From positions 1-44,862 of the IMG/VR virus record IMGVR_UViG_3300049142_000086: a stretch of DNA of 44,862 bases. One strand, 5' to 3'. Under the pieces are notes generated by a model. It was not told the origin of the DNA. It saw only the letters and a list, made by a program, of their open reading frames with translations, and searched no databases. The DNA comes from a virus (Duplodnaviria; Caudoviricetes). Positions 36,896 to 44,862 of this stretch are shown in pieces (position 1 is the stretch's first letter; every line of letters begins with the position of its first letter). The position numbers and the translations under genes were made by a program.

Positions 36896-37683
36896 CGGAC
36901 ACCCCGCAACGGTCCGGGAGGGACCTCGCCCGGCAGGCCCTCGCCGCCTACAAGGCCACCGCCCGCACCCAGCCCAGCACCCCCGCCAAACCGGCCCGCA
37001 AGCGGACCGTCCGCCGCGGCTCCGGCCGCGACCCCGTCACCCTCGCCACCGCCATCACCGCCCTCGGCGCCGACCTGCCCCTCGAAGCAGGCATCGCCGG
37101 CGGCAACATCCTCGACCAGTGGCCCACCCTCTGCCCCCAGTACGCCGACCGCGTCCAGCCCGTCGCCTACGACGAACAGCGGGGCCGCCTCGACCTCCGC
37201 CCCGGCAGCCACGCCTACGCCGCCCAGCTCCGCATCCTCGGCGGACAACTCGCCAAGCAGATCAACGACAAGATGGGCAAGCCGGTCGTCCGCAGCATCC
37301 GCGTCCTGCCCGTCGGCACCGTGCCCCAGCACGACGCGTATACCGCGGTATACGCCTCACCCGCCGAGACGGCCCAACCGGAGACGCCAGTGAAAACCCG
37401 GGAGACCGCCAGCCCCGGCTACCGGGCCGCCCTCGCCCACAAGCCGCCACGCGAACCGCAGAACCCCTACATCGCCGAAGCGATCCGCGCCCAGGACGCC
37501 GCCCTCCGCGCCAAGCGCCTGCCCGAGTCCGACGACCGCGACGCCTACTGGGCACAACGAGACGCCGCGGAGAAAGCCGGGCCCGAGCCCGGCAGCATCG
37601 ACGCGTCCATCGCCGCCGCGATCGCCCGCAAACGGCAAGAGCAGACCGGCAGCGAGCCCCGCCGACTCTTCGGCGCCGCCTAG
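36892..37683 (+). CDS. dciA: DciA/DUF721-family protein (helicase-loader-like)
   Basis: SGRDLARQAL, GRDPVTL, ILDQW and AYAAQLR...LAKQIN...VRSIRV match the actinobacterial DUF721 pattern. Confidence 0.78.
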   Translation: MTDTPQRSGRDLARQALAAYKATARTQPSTPAKPARKRTVRRGSGRDPVTLATAITALGADLPLEAGIAGGNILDQWPTLCPQYADRVQPVAYDEQRGRLDLRPGSHAYAAQLRILGGQLAKQINDKMGKPVVRSIRVLPVGTVPQHDAYTAVYASPAETAQPETPVKTRETASPGYRAALAHKPPREPQNPYIAEAIRAQDAALRAKRLPESDDRDAYWAQRDAAEKAGPEPGSIDASIAAAIARKRQEQTGSEPRRLFGAA

Positions 37684-37692
37684 GAGACCACC

Positions 37693-38124
37693 ATGGCCCT
37701 TGCCCTCATCGGCTTGACCGGTAGCCGTCGCTGGCCGGACGTGCCCCTACTCGAGGACACGCTGATGCTGGTCTGGCACGACGCCCTCCAAGACGGCTAC
37801 ACCGGCATCGAGCTCATGCACGGCTGCGCGGAAGGCGCCGACACCATCGGCGGCCAATGGGCCCGCCGCCACAGCATCCTCGTCCGGGAACGCCCCGCCG
37901 ACTGGCAAGGCCCCTGCGGGCCCGAGTGCCAGCCCGGCCACCGGCGCCGCAACCGCCGCGGCATCGACTACTGCCCGCTCGCCGGCCACCGACGCAACCA
38001 GCAAATGGTCGACGAACGACCTGACCTGTTCGTCGCGGCCTCGTACCGGAACAGCAGCGGCACCGCGGACTGTGTCCGCCGGGCCCGAACTGCTGGCATC
38101 CCCGTCCACCTGATCACCGCCTGA
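37693..38124 (+). CDS. SLOG-family (DUF2493-like) protein
   Basis: TGSRRW, HGCAEGADT, PADW, AGHRRNQQMV and SSGTADC...AGIPV. Confidence 0.85.
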   Translation: MALALIGLTGSRRWPDVPLLEDTLMLVWHDALQDGYTGIELMHGCAEGADTIGGQWARRHSILVRERPADWQGPCGPECQPGHRRRNRRGIDYCPLAGHRRNQQMVDERPDLFVAASYRNSSGTADCVRRARTAGIPVHLITA

Positions 38125-38192
38125 GCCAGGGGAACACCTGGGTCCATCGCAGGAGACGCTCAGAGCACCGTCCCTCTCGTCTCGGAGGTCCC

Positions 38193-38675
38193 ATGCCCAA
38201 GCCCTCAACCGAAGCTTGGAACGTCGAAGAACTCAACGAACTGCCATGGAGGCAGTTCGATGCAGTTGTGGCTCAGCACCTCGACTTCACCCGCGATCAC
38301 GTCCGGATCTGGCGGGCCCTCACACACATAGAGGTCATCGACCGCACCAAGAACACCCTCGAACGCCTACGCGCGGCCCTCGAGACAAGCGTCGCCAACG
38401 GCAAGCTCGCCGAGAACGAGGCAACCAACCGACAGCGCGACCTCCTGCACTGCCGCCAGGAAGAGATCCGGACAGCCCTGCGCTACCAATACAGGATCGA
38501 CGAAGCCCGAAGCCGCGCCAACAACTACAGCAGGGCCATCCGCGACCACCAGCAGGCCAGTCAGAACGCCACGCTGGTTCCCGAAGCGCACGATGAAGCC
38601 CTGTGGGCGACGCTCCCCAAGCGACTTCGCGTTCGCTCTCGCACGCCTTCTCACCCGGAAGTACCGGCGAACTAG
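38193..38675 (+). CDS. Hypothetical helical protein
   Basis: SD GGAGG, 160 aa, lower GC3 than its neighbours. Confidence 0.6.
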   Translation: MPKPSTEAWNVEELNELPWRQFDAVVAQHLDFTRDHVRIWRALTHIEVIDRTKNTLERLRAALETSVANGKLAENEATNRQRDLLHCRQEEIRTALRYQYRIDEARSRANNYSRAIRDHQQASQNATLVPEAHDEALWATLPKRLRVRSRTPSHPEVPAN

Positions 38676-38754
38676 CCCACGGAACGGCCGGGGGAACGTT
38701 CGCCGGGTTCTGGTGCACCGTGGTCGCGATCAGCCCGCACGAACGGAGCCGCCC

Positions 38755-38910
38755 ATGCCTCACACCCCCGACTGGCACGCCCTCGAGGAAACCCGCGAAC
38801 GCCTCTGGCTCGACCAGTGGGCCCGCGACATTATCAACCCCCACACCCTCCAGCCCACCGACGTCGACGCCGGTACCACTCGGCCGGCCGCACTCACCGG
38901 GAGAGCCTGA
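38755..38910 (+). CDS. Small hypothetical protein
   Basis: SD GGAG, 51 aa, TGATG coupling to the next ORF. Confidence 0.5.
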   Translation: MPHTPDWHALEETRERLWLDQWARDIINPHTLQPTDVDAGTTRPAALTGRA

Positions 38911-39086
38911 TGCCCGCCACCATCACTCTGCCGAAGACCGCCTACCCGCGACCGCCCCTGCTCCACCAGCGCGACGAGCTGTTCCTCGAGCCTCGCTACC
39001 GGGACGGTGAGCTGTACGCGGAAGCCGAGGACGCCGAGGATGAAGACGGGGAACGGGTAGGTGGTGACCATTGGTCACCACCTTAG
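38910..39086 (+). CDS. Small acidic hypothetical protein
   Basis: 58 aa, translationally coupled. Confidence 0.45.
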   Translation: MPATITLPKTAYPRPPLLHQRDELFLEPRYRDGELYAEAEDAEDEDGERVGGDHWSPP

Positions 39087-39134
39087 GGTCAGAACGACGA
39101 CAAGGTGGTGACCATTGGTCACCACCTTGTCGTC
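39059..39134. repeat. Twin perfect palindromes (candidate centromere/parS)
   Basis: AGGTGGTGACCA-T-TGGTCACCACCT at 39059-39083 and again within 39096-39134 (19-bp arms); centres 44 bp apart. Confidence 0.85.
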
Positions 39135-39148
39135 TGCCGTCGAGCTCC

Positions 39149-40078
39149 CTACTGGGCTGATGCCGCCAACTCCTTCATTAGCTGCTCCACCGCCCGCTGG
39201 AGATCCTCCGCCTCACGCCGAGCCCGCTCCGGATCCTTCTGCGCCAACTCGCGCAGCCTCGTAACCACCTGCACCGACTCACTGGACTGTGCCGCCGACC
39301 GCGTCGTCTCCAGCGCGGGCTTCACCGGCTCCTTCTCCAAGACAGGCGTGAGTTCCTTGGGAGGCGCATACCCGAGAAAGTTCGCCGCCTCCTTGAGAGA
39401 AGTGTCCGTGACGCTGCCGTGCCGGGCAGCCTCCAGCCACGTCGCCCGCACCGCTTCGGTGCCATGCGTATCCAGGATCGGAACCAGCACCCGCAGTGGG
39501 CGCTCCTTCAACTCCTGAGTGGTGATGTCCTCGAGGGCCTGGGCAACCCCCAGCACACGGATGATGTTGTTCGCCTGGTGCTTCTTGATGTTGAAGCGGG
39601 CCGCGGTCATCTCACCGAAGGTGTCGTAACCCGCCGTCTTGTGGAGCTCCTCTTTTTTGAGGGCCCTCAGCCGCAGACCGAGACCGATCAGCCGCTGCTG
39701 CTCCGCGCGCTCGTGGTTCGCGCGGGCCGCGTACTGCACTGCCATGATGCCGCGGGAGTAGAACTCCAGCCGCTCCTGCGGGTCGCTGCTTTCTGGCTCG
39801 GTGAACTCCGGCATGGGCAGGTAGCCCGACGGCCGGGCAGCGGGAGCAGCCGTCGCGGTGACAGCTCCGTTGGCCACTGCGGGTTCAGCCGTCGGCGCGG
39901 GTGCGGCAGGCGCAGCCGCTGCGGGAGCCGGCACAGCAGGCGCCGCGGCTGCCTGCCTTCGCTTCGCCTGCTCCTCCTCCCACTTCCGCATCTGTTCCTC
40001 ACGGCCCCCGCCCGCAGCGGCCCCAGCGCCAGCGACGACCGGGATGACGGGCGCCTCCTTCGGCTTGTACTTGCTCAC
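39149..40078 (-). CDS. ParA partner protein (non-canonical ParB-like)
   Basis: Coupled to parA by GTGA; basic N-tail, Ala/Pro linker, LHKTAGYDTFGEM...FNIKKHQANNII HTH-like core and a C-terminal coiled coil. Confidence 0.7.
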   Translation of the reverse strand: MSKYKPKEAPVIPVVAGAGAAAGGGREEQMRKWEEEQAKRRQAAAAPAVPAPAAAAPAAPAPTAEPAVANGAVTATAAPAARPSGYLPMPEFTEPESSDPQERLEFYSRGIMAVQYAARANHERAEQQRLIGLGLRLRALKKEELHKTAGYDTFGEMTAARFNIKKHQANNIIRVLGVAQALEDITTQELKERPLRVLVPILDTHGTEAVRATWLEAARHGSVTDTSLKEAANFLGYAPPKELTPVLEKEPVKPALETTRSAAQSSESVQVVTRLRELAQKDPERARREAEDLQRAVEQLMKELAASAQ

Positions 40079-41220
40079 GCCGTCAGCTCCTTTGCCAGCG
40101 TGCGCATGACCTCCGCCTGAGGCGAGTCAGGCGCGTAGTCCAGCAGCGGCACCTCGTAGTCGGACGCCTCCCGGCCCTCGATGGCGTCCTTCAACGTGGC
40201 CAGCGTGCCGGGCGTAGTGAGCTCGTTCCACCCGTCGTAGAAGGCCCGTGTCACAGTGCCCTTGCGGGAGTCGTAGGCGTTGACGACGAACCCCAGTTGG
40301 TCGACGACAACACCCGTACGCCGCTCCACGGCCTCGATCTGCCTGTTCAGCAAGTTGTAGGCATTGAAGCTGGCCTTGTCCGACCACACCGGGATGAGGA
40401 TCCCTGACCGCTCGATCAGCTCGCCCGGCCGGCGCTGCACGTAGTGGATGGCCAGATCCATGGCCAGGCCCAGGTTGGGCGGACCGTCCAGGACGATGAC
40501 GTCGTAGTCCTGCTCGATCGGGGCGAGGGCGTTGATGAGGGCGCGGTCGCGGCCGATCTGCATGACCGCAAGTTCCGCATCCATCAGGAAGGCGTCCTGG
40601 TCCGCGGGCAGCACGTGGAGCCGGCCACCGAACCGGTCGTGGGGAAGCGCGACGAGAGACCGGGCGATGTGGCGTTCGGCCTTGCCGGTCATGTGCCGCA
40701 GCAGGCTCTCCCCGCCTTCGGGAACGCCCTCGATCTTCAGTCGTGCTGAGAGGTGCCCCTGGGGGTCGTAGTCGACAAGGAGGACTCGCTTGCCGGACTC
40801 GGCGCAAGCCTGGGCCAGTCCGGAGGACACGAACGTCTTACCGACACCGCCTTTCTGGTTGCCGACCAGGATCCGCTGAACGGGCTGCTCGGTCAGCCGC
40901 TGCTCAGGGGAGGGGTAGGCGTCCAGCCACAGGGTGATGGCCTGGGCCATGCCCTGCACCTTGGTGATGCCGCGCTGCTCGCATGCATCAGTGAACCGTC
41001 CGGGCAGGCCGAGGGGGAGGTACACGCCCCACGACTTTGCCCTCTTGACGTCGACATCTGGGGCAGCGGGCGTCTCGAGCCACAGGTTGATCGCCGAGGC
41101 GGCGGCGTCCTGCATGTTCAGGCCGTGCTCTGCGGCACGGATCCGCAGGTCGCGCCGGAGGTCCGGCGTCAGATTGACGAGCAGTTTTTCGCGTGATGAA
41201 TCCGCGCTTGGGTGGGTCAT
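40075..41220 (-). CDS. parA: ParA-family ATPase with two N-terminal RHH-like units
   Basis: Deviant Walker A KGGVGKT, DYDPQG and DGPPNLG. Confidence 0.93.
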   Translation of the reverse strand: MTHPSADSSREKLLVNLTPDLRRDLRIRAAEHGLNMQDAAASAINLWLETPAAPDVDVKRAKSWGVYLPLGLPGRFTDACEQRGITKVQGMAQAITLWLDAYPSPEQRLTEQPVQRILVGNQKGGVGKTFVSSGLAQACAESGKRVLLVDYDPQGHLSARLKIEGVPEGGESLLRHMTGKAERHIARSLVALPHDRFGGRLHVLPADQDAFLMDAELAVMQIGRDRALINALAPIEQDYDVIVLDGPPNLGLAMDLAIHYVQRRPGELIERSGILIPVWSDKASFNAYNLLNRQIEAVERRTGVVVDQLGFVVNAYDSRKGTVTRAFYDGWNELTTPGTLATLKDAIEGREASDYEVPLLDYAPDSPQAEVMRTLAKELTA

Positions 41221-41406
41221 GGCGAGCAAATTACCAGTCGATCACTGTGTGGGAGCCCACCGGGCCGCCGACAAGGAGACGGTTCACGCGAAGAGAGCAG
41301 AGCCATGCCGGAACTGACCGAACCGACCAGGCCCTGGCTCTACCCCGTGACGAGTTCCGCGACTAGACTCGCGTCGTCTGACGAGCATGCACTCGTGAGG
41401 TCTCAA

Positions 41407-41466
41407 GCCCCCACATCAGGTCCCCGGGCGTTGTCGGCAACACCGCCCCGCCTTGATGCTGGGGGC
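41407..41466. other. Long hairpin with a TGTCGGCAACA apex (candidate regulatory RNA)
   Basis: GCCCCCA/TGGGGGC, CATCA/TGATG and GGGCG/CGCCC stems; TAGACT -10-like box at 41364-41369. Confidence 0.45.
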
Positions 41467-41711
41467 GTCCGCGTTCCCGGGGCATACCACCGCGGGTACC
41501 AGTGAGTAACGGATCGCGCCATCTCCGTCACGGAATCAGTCACGGGCTGGTGAAAAGTCGGCTCGGCGTTACCCACCTACGGAAAACGGTGCCACAGTAG
41601 GGCTTCCCCTCAATGTGGACTGGCAGCCACCCCAGGGGCGCAGACCCGTCACCCGACCACTGGCGGGCCCGCGGACCTTCCCACATCTGCCGGAGGAGCG
41701 GAGACGCCCCC

Positions 41712-42110
41712 ATGCCCGCAGCGGAGCCGGCCGACCCCACACCGCCCACGACCCCCATCAGCGTCGAGGGCGCGGCCGTGATCCCCATCCGTGCGCGCCG
41801 CGCAGGCCGCGGCGCCCCTCACAGGGGGTGGAACCCCATGGACACCCGACCCACCCCAGGCCCGGCCGGCCAGCCCGGCAGCCAGCCCGACGAGGTCCTG
41901 GCCCTGCTCGCCGACGACATGGAAAAGGCGTTCAATGCGATCGGGCGCAGCCTCACCAACGACGAGACCGCGGCCGTGTACGCACGGACCCTGGCCCTCG
42001 TGGAGCACACGCTGCGCGGCGCCGCCGCCACCGGCATCCTCACCGAGGAGCAGCGACAGGCCCTCGCCGAGCTGATCGACGGCATGGCGCAGGCACCGCG
42101 GTTCGTGTAA
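41712..42110 (+). CDS. Hypothetical protein
   Basis: SD GGAGGAG/GGAGA; helical C-domain; start uncertain. Confidence 0.6.
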   Translation: MPAAEPADPTPPTTPISVEGAAVIPIRARRAGRGAPHRGWNPMDTRPTPGPAGQPGSQPDEVLALLADDMEKAFNAIGRSLTNDETAAVYARTLALVEHTLRGAAATGILTEEQRQALAELIDGMAQAPRFV

Positions 42111-42362
42111 CCGCCGCACCTTCAGGGGGAGTTTGCGCATATGCCGGTGATTCGTGCCATCTGCCCGGCAAGCCTTGACACAGGTCCGCAACAGAGAGTT
42201 GATCGTTTCTGACGAAGCGTTCACCACTGAGCGCGCACATGCCATGATGAGGCGTCCGGAACACCCGGAGCACAACTTCGGCCTCCGGCGCGCGCCCCTG
42301 CACCTGCTGTACGGACGTCCCGCGCCCCCCTGGAGGCCGCACAGGGGACGGGGACAACGCCC

Positions 42363-42917
42363 ATGACGTATGGGGACAACACCAACACCGCACGGGACAC
42401 CGCAGCCAAACGACTGCGCCATCTGCACGAGTACTACCTCAAGCACCCGGTCACCGGCCCCACACCAAGGCGCCCCCCCACCAGCAGCGCCTCCGCGCCG
42501 CTGAACCTCGCCACCCTGAGCCACATCCAGGCATCCGTCCGCGAAGTCACGGAGCTCACGCGCGCCGCCAACCCCGACGCCGGCCCCGCACCGTCCCGCC
42601 CCGAAGCGGTCTACGACTGGTGCCGCCAGCAGACCGAGCACGCCGACGAGACCACCCAGCAACGGCTCGAGGCCATCGAGTACCGGCACTACCTCGAGCA
42701 CGCCATCCGCGCCGGCGACAAGAAAGTGGTCCGCAGACACCGCTGCCCCGAATGCCGCACCTGGGGCCTGATGTGGGACACGAGCAGCCAGCGAGTCCTG
42801 TGCACCAACAGCGAGTGCGTCGACCACGACGGCTTCTCCACGACCTTCACCCTCGGTCGCCTCGCGCACGAGCACGTGACGGCAAGGAAGGATCTTCGGC
42901 AGGCGCGTACAACCTGA
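42363..42917 (+). CDS. Zinc-ribbon protein (possible transcription regulator)
   Basis: CPEC...CTNSEC; 184 aa; TTGACA upstream at 42175-42180. Confidence 0.7.
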   Translation: MTYGDNTNTARDTAAKRLRHLHEYYLKHPVTGPTPRRPPTSSASAPLNLATLSHIQASVREVTELTRAANPDAGPAPSRPEAVYDWCRQQTEHADETTQQRLEAIEYRHYLEHAIRAGDKKVVRRHRCPECRTWGLMWDTSSQRVLCTNSECVDHDGFSTTFTLGRLAHEHVTARKDLRQARTT

Positions 42918-43045
42918 TCCGGGGTATCCGGGTCGTACCTGGCAACCCACAACTTCACACCACCACAAGAGGACTCGCGTAGTCCCCCGTATCGGCGCCG
43001 CCGGAGCTGCGAACGATGGCGCCGCCGAGTTTTCGGGAGGCCACC

Positions 43046-43276
43046 ATGGCCACAGCACTGATCAGCCCCTACGCCGGCGGTGACGAGATCAGCCTCGGCG
43101 ACGCTTCCGCGCTGCTCGCCGAAACGGGGCACCCCATCGCCCAGCGCACCCTGGAGCGGCAGAGCAGGGCGCGCGGCGTCAGGGTCGTGAAGTACGGCGG
43201 AGTGAACCACGCGTCGTGGACGGCTTTGCTGAAGGTGCACGCGGCGTGGGTCGACGCCCGCGAAGACGGCGCCTGA
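43046..43276 (+). CDS. Small HTH DNA-binding protein
   Basis: ISLGDASALL...IAQRTLERQ excisionase/MerR-like HTH; SD GGAGG. Confidence 0.65.
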   Translation: MATALISPYAGGDEISLGDASALLAETGHPIAQRTLERQSRARGVRVVKYGGVNHASWTALLKVHAAWVDAREDGA

Positions 43277-43286
43277 CCGCCGGCCT

Positions 43287-43325
43287 AAAGCCCCGGCTCC
43301 CAGCACCCCTGGGGGTCGGGGCTTT
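43287..43325 (+). terminator. Intrinsic terminator
   Basis: AAAGCCCCGGCTCCCAG / CTGGGGGTCGGGGCTTT stem. Confidence 0.75.
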
Positions 43326-43343
43326 CTCACGCCCGAACCCGAT

Positions 43344-43381
43344 TGAGCATTGCCACCCAATGCTCATAGCGGTACGGTGGA
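43344..43381 (+). promoter_or_regulatory. Second copy of the operator/promoter
   Basis: TGAGCATTG-N5-CAATGCTCA overlapping TTGCCA-N17-TACGGT. Confidence 0.8.
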
Positions 43382-43449
43382 ACCATCGATAAGGCAACAC
43401 CCGCCCCACCACGGGCCGTTCGCCCCTCCCTGCCTTCCCTGGAGCCACC

Positions 43450-43785
43450 GTGGCCGTGATGACGCACGCCTCCGCACGCCTCGAAACCGACTACAACACC
43501 CTCCCGGCCCCCATCCAGGACGCCTTCGACCAGCTCATGCAGCAGGCCGACACCGCCGGCACCCACCAGCACTACTTCGAGCTCATGGCCCGCGCCGCCA
43601 GCCTCATCGGCATGCCGCTCCCCGCCAGCGGCGACATCCGGCGCTGCGCCTGCTCCTGCGTCTGCGGCTGCATCTTCGACGCCGAGGACCCCGACGCGCA
43701 CGTCATCGAGTGGACCGGCGGCTACAACCTCGGCCGCATCCAGTGCCCCACCTGCTACGACCGCCACCCCGAAACGGAGTTCTGA
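43450..43785 (+). CDS. Cys-rich hypothetical protein
   Basis: CACSCVCGC...CPTC; first gene after the promoter. Confidence 0.7.
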   Translation: MAVMTHASARLETDYNTLPAPIQDAFDQLMQQADTAGTHQHYFELMARAASLIGMPLPASGDIRRCACSCVCGCIFDAEDPDAHVIEWTGGYNLGRIQCPTCYDRHPETEF

Positions 43786-44123
43786 TGCTGGACAAGAACG
43801 AGATCGCGGATGCCCTGGACCAGGCCGCCGCCCACATCGAGCGGGTCGGCTGGCTCCAGGAGGACTACTACGAGCCCGGTAAGTCGCCGACCGAATGCCG
43901 CGTCTGCGCCATGGGAGCCATCAACGTGGCCCTCTTCGGTCACCCGTTCCCGCCTAAGGACGACGGTGCCTACGCCAAGACGTGCGACATCGGCGACACG
44001 GTCCTGAACCACCTGGGCGTGCTCGGCCTGGACTTGGCGGCCTGGAACGACGAGCCGCACCGGACGAAGGACGACGTGACGACCGCGCTGCGAGAGACCG
44101 CCGCCGCGATCCGCGCCGACTGA
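43785..44123 (+). CDS. DUF6197-like protein
   Basis: LDQAAAHIERVGWLQ...CAMGAI...WNDEPHRTKDDV signature. Confidence 0.8.
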   Translation: MLDKNEIADALDQAAAHIERVGWLQEDYYEPGKSPTECRVCAMGAINVALFGHPFPPKDDGAYAKTCDIGDTVLNHLGVLGLDLAAWNDEPHRTKDDVTTALRETAAAIRAD

Positions 44124-44203
44124 CCCACCCCAAGTCCTGCCCGGCCGCGCGTGAAGCCGACACCGCGCGGCCGGGCGGCACAACCCCAGCAGGGAGCCAC
44201 CAC

Positions 44204-44626
44204 ATGAACACCACCGCCTACGACCTCCACGTGATGGCCGCCTACGTGAACCTGCACGGCCTCCACACCGGCAACCAGTTCGCCGCCCCCGACGACCAAC
44301 TGGACATCTGCGCCATCGCCTACGTCGTCGCCGAAGACTGCCCCGCTCCGCCCGAGTTCTACACCGACGAGATCGCCTCCCTCCGCCTCATCGAGTCCAG
44401 CGCCCGCGCCATGGCCGCCATCCGCGCCATCAGCGACGCCCTCGACACCGACCCCTGCGAAACCGAGATCGCCCCCGGCCACACCATCCCCGACTACATC
44501 GAGCACGTCTCCAACTGGGCCGCCACCCCGCCCATCGGCGCCACCAAGCCGCCGTCCACCAGCGAAGTCATCGGACGCATCCTCCGCGCCGCCCAGGCCC
44601 TCGACACCCAGACCACCGCCGCCTGA
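44204..44626 (+). CDS. Divergent DUF6197-like paralogue
   Basis: MAAYVNLHGLH...DICAIAY...VSNW...SEVIGRILRAA. Confidence 0.65.
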   Translation: MNTTAYDLHVMAAYVNLHGLHTGNQFAAPDDQLDICAIAYVVAEDCPAPPEFYTDEIASLRLIESSARAMAAIRAISDALDTDPCETEIAPGHTIPDYIEHVSNWAATPPIGATKPPSTSEVIGRILRAAQALDTQTTAA

Positions 44627-44637
44627 AAGGCCCCGCC

Positions 44638-44835
44638 ATGACCACGAACTCCTACGACGACGGCTACACCGACGGCGAACTCGCCGCCATCACCCACCTC
44701 CCCTCCCGCCGCGTCCACGCCCGCGCCGCCATGGCCGACCCCTACGACCCCCTCTACGCGCAGGGCCTCATCGACGGCTACCTCCACGCCACCGCCGTCA
44801 ACGCCGCCCTCACCAACAAGCAGCGAACCAACTGA
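44638..44835 (+). CDS. Small hypothetical protein
   Basis: 65 aa with YDDGYTDG / YAQGLIDGY repeats; SD GAAAGG. Confidence 0.65.
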   Translation: MTTNSYDDGYTDGELAAITHLPSRRVHARAAMADPYDPLYAQGLIDGYLHATAVNAALTNKQRTN

Positions 44836-44862
44836 ACCCACCACCCCACCCACCCCCCACAC

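Noticed and set aside
39059-39134. Twin palindromes as a CRISPR mini-array or protelomerase target
   Set aside because: Only two units with a short linker, and no cas genes or protelomerase are visible; a centromere or terminator role is more economical.
1992-41600. GCCAC as a genome-wide hairpin-loop motif
   Set aside because: A 5-mer of this composition is expected every few hundred bases at this GC content, so it is not significant alone.
44836-44862. C/A-only tract at the window end as a telomere-like repeat
   Set aside because: Short, irregular and cut by the window edge; consistent with the local C-rich strand bias.

Overview
A GC-rich actinobacterial (Streptomyces-like) siphovirus genome segment that appears to be a plasmid-prophage (phage-plasmid). 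Positions 1-19 kb form a co-directional head, neck, tail and lysis operon, including a -1 frameshifted tail chaperone; terminase and portal lie outside the window. Positions 19-28 kb hold thyX/dcd, small accessory genes, a Cre-like tyrosine recombinase and a convergent, apparently catalytically dead one. Positions 28-39 kb are an early/replication operon: a tandem-RHH regulator, Rad52/Sak-like annealase, C5 and N6 methyltransferases, a WhiB-HTH fusion, an HTH replication protein, a DciA-like protein and a SLOG protein. Positions 39-41 kb carry a ParA with a non-canonical partner and twin palindromes, and 41-45 kb holds more early genes. Three signals stand out. (i) A symmetric divergent promoter/operator lies between a stand-alone WYL gene and a four-RHH protein and recurs at 43.35 kb, with no classical cI-type repressor visible. 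(ii) A run of hairpins with identical TTGCCG loops precedes the replication gene, and a distant hairpin carries the complementary loop. (iii) The partition module is atypical. All family calls come from motif recognition by eye; no database search was run.
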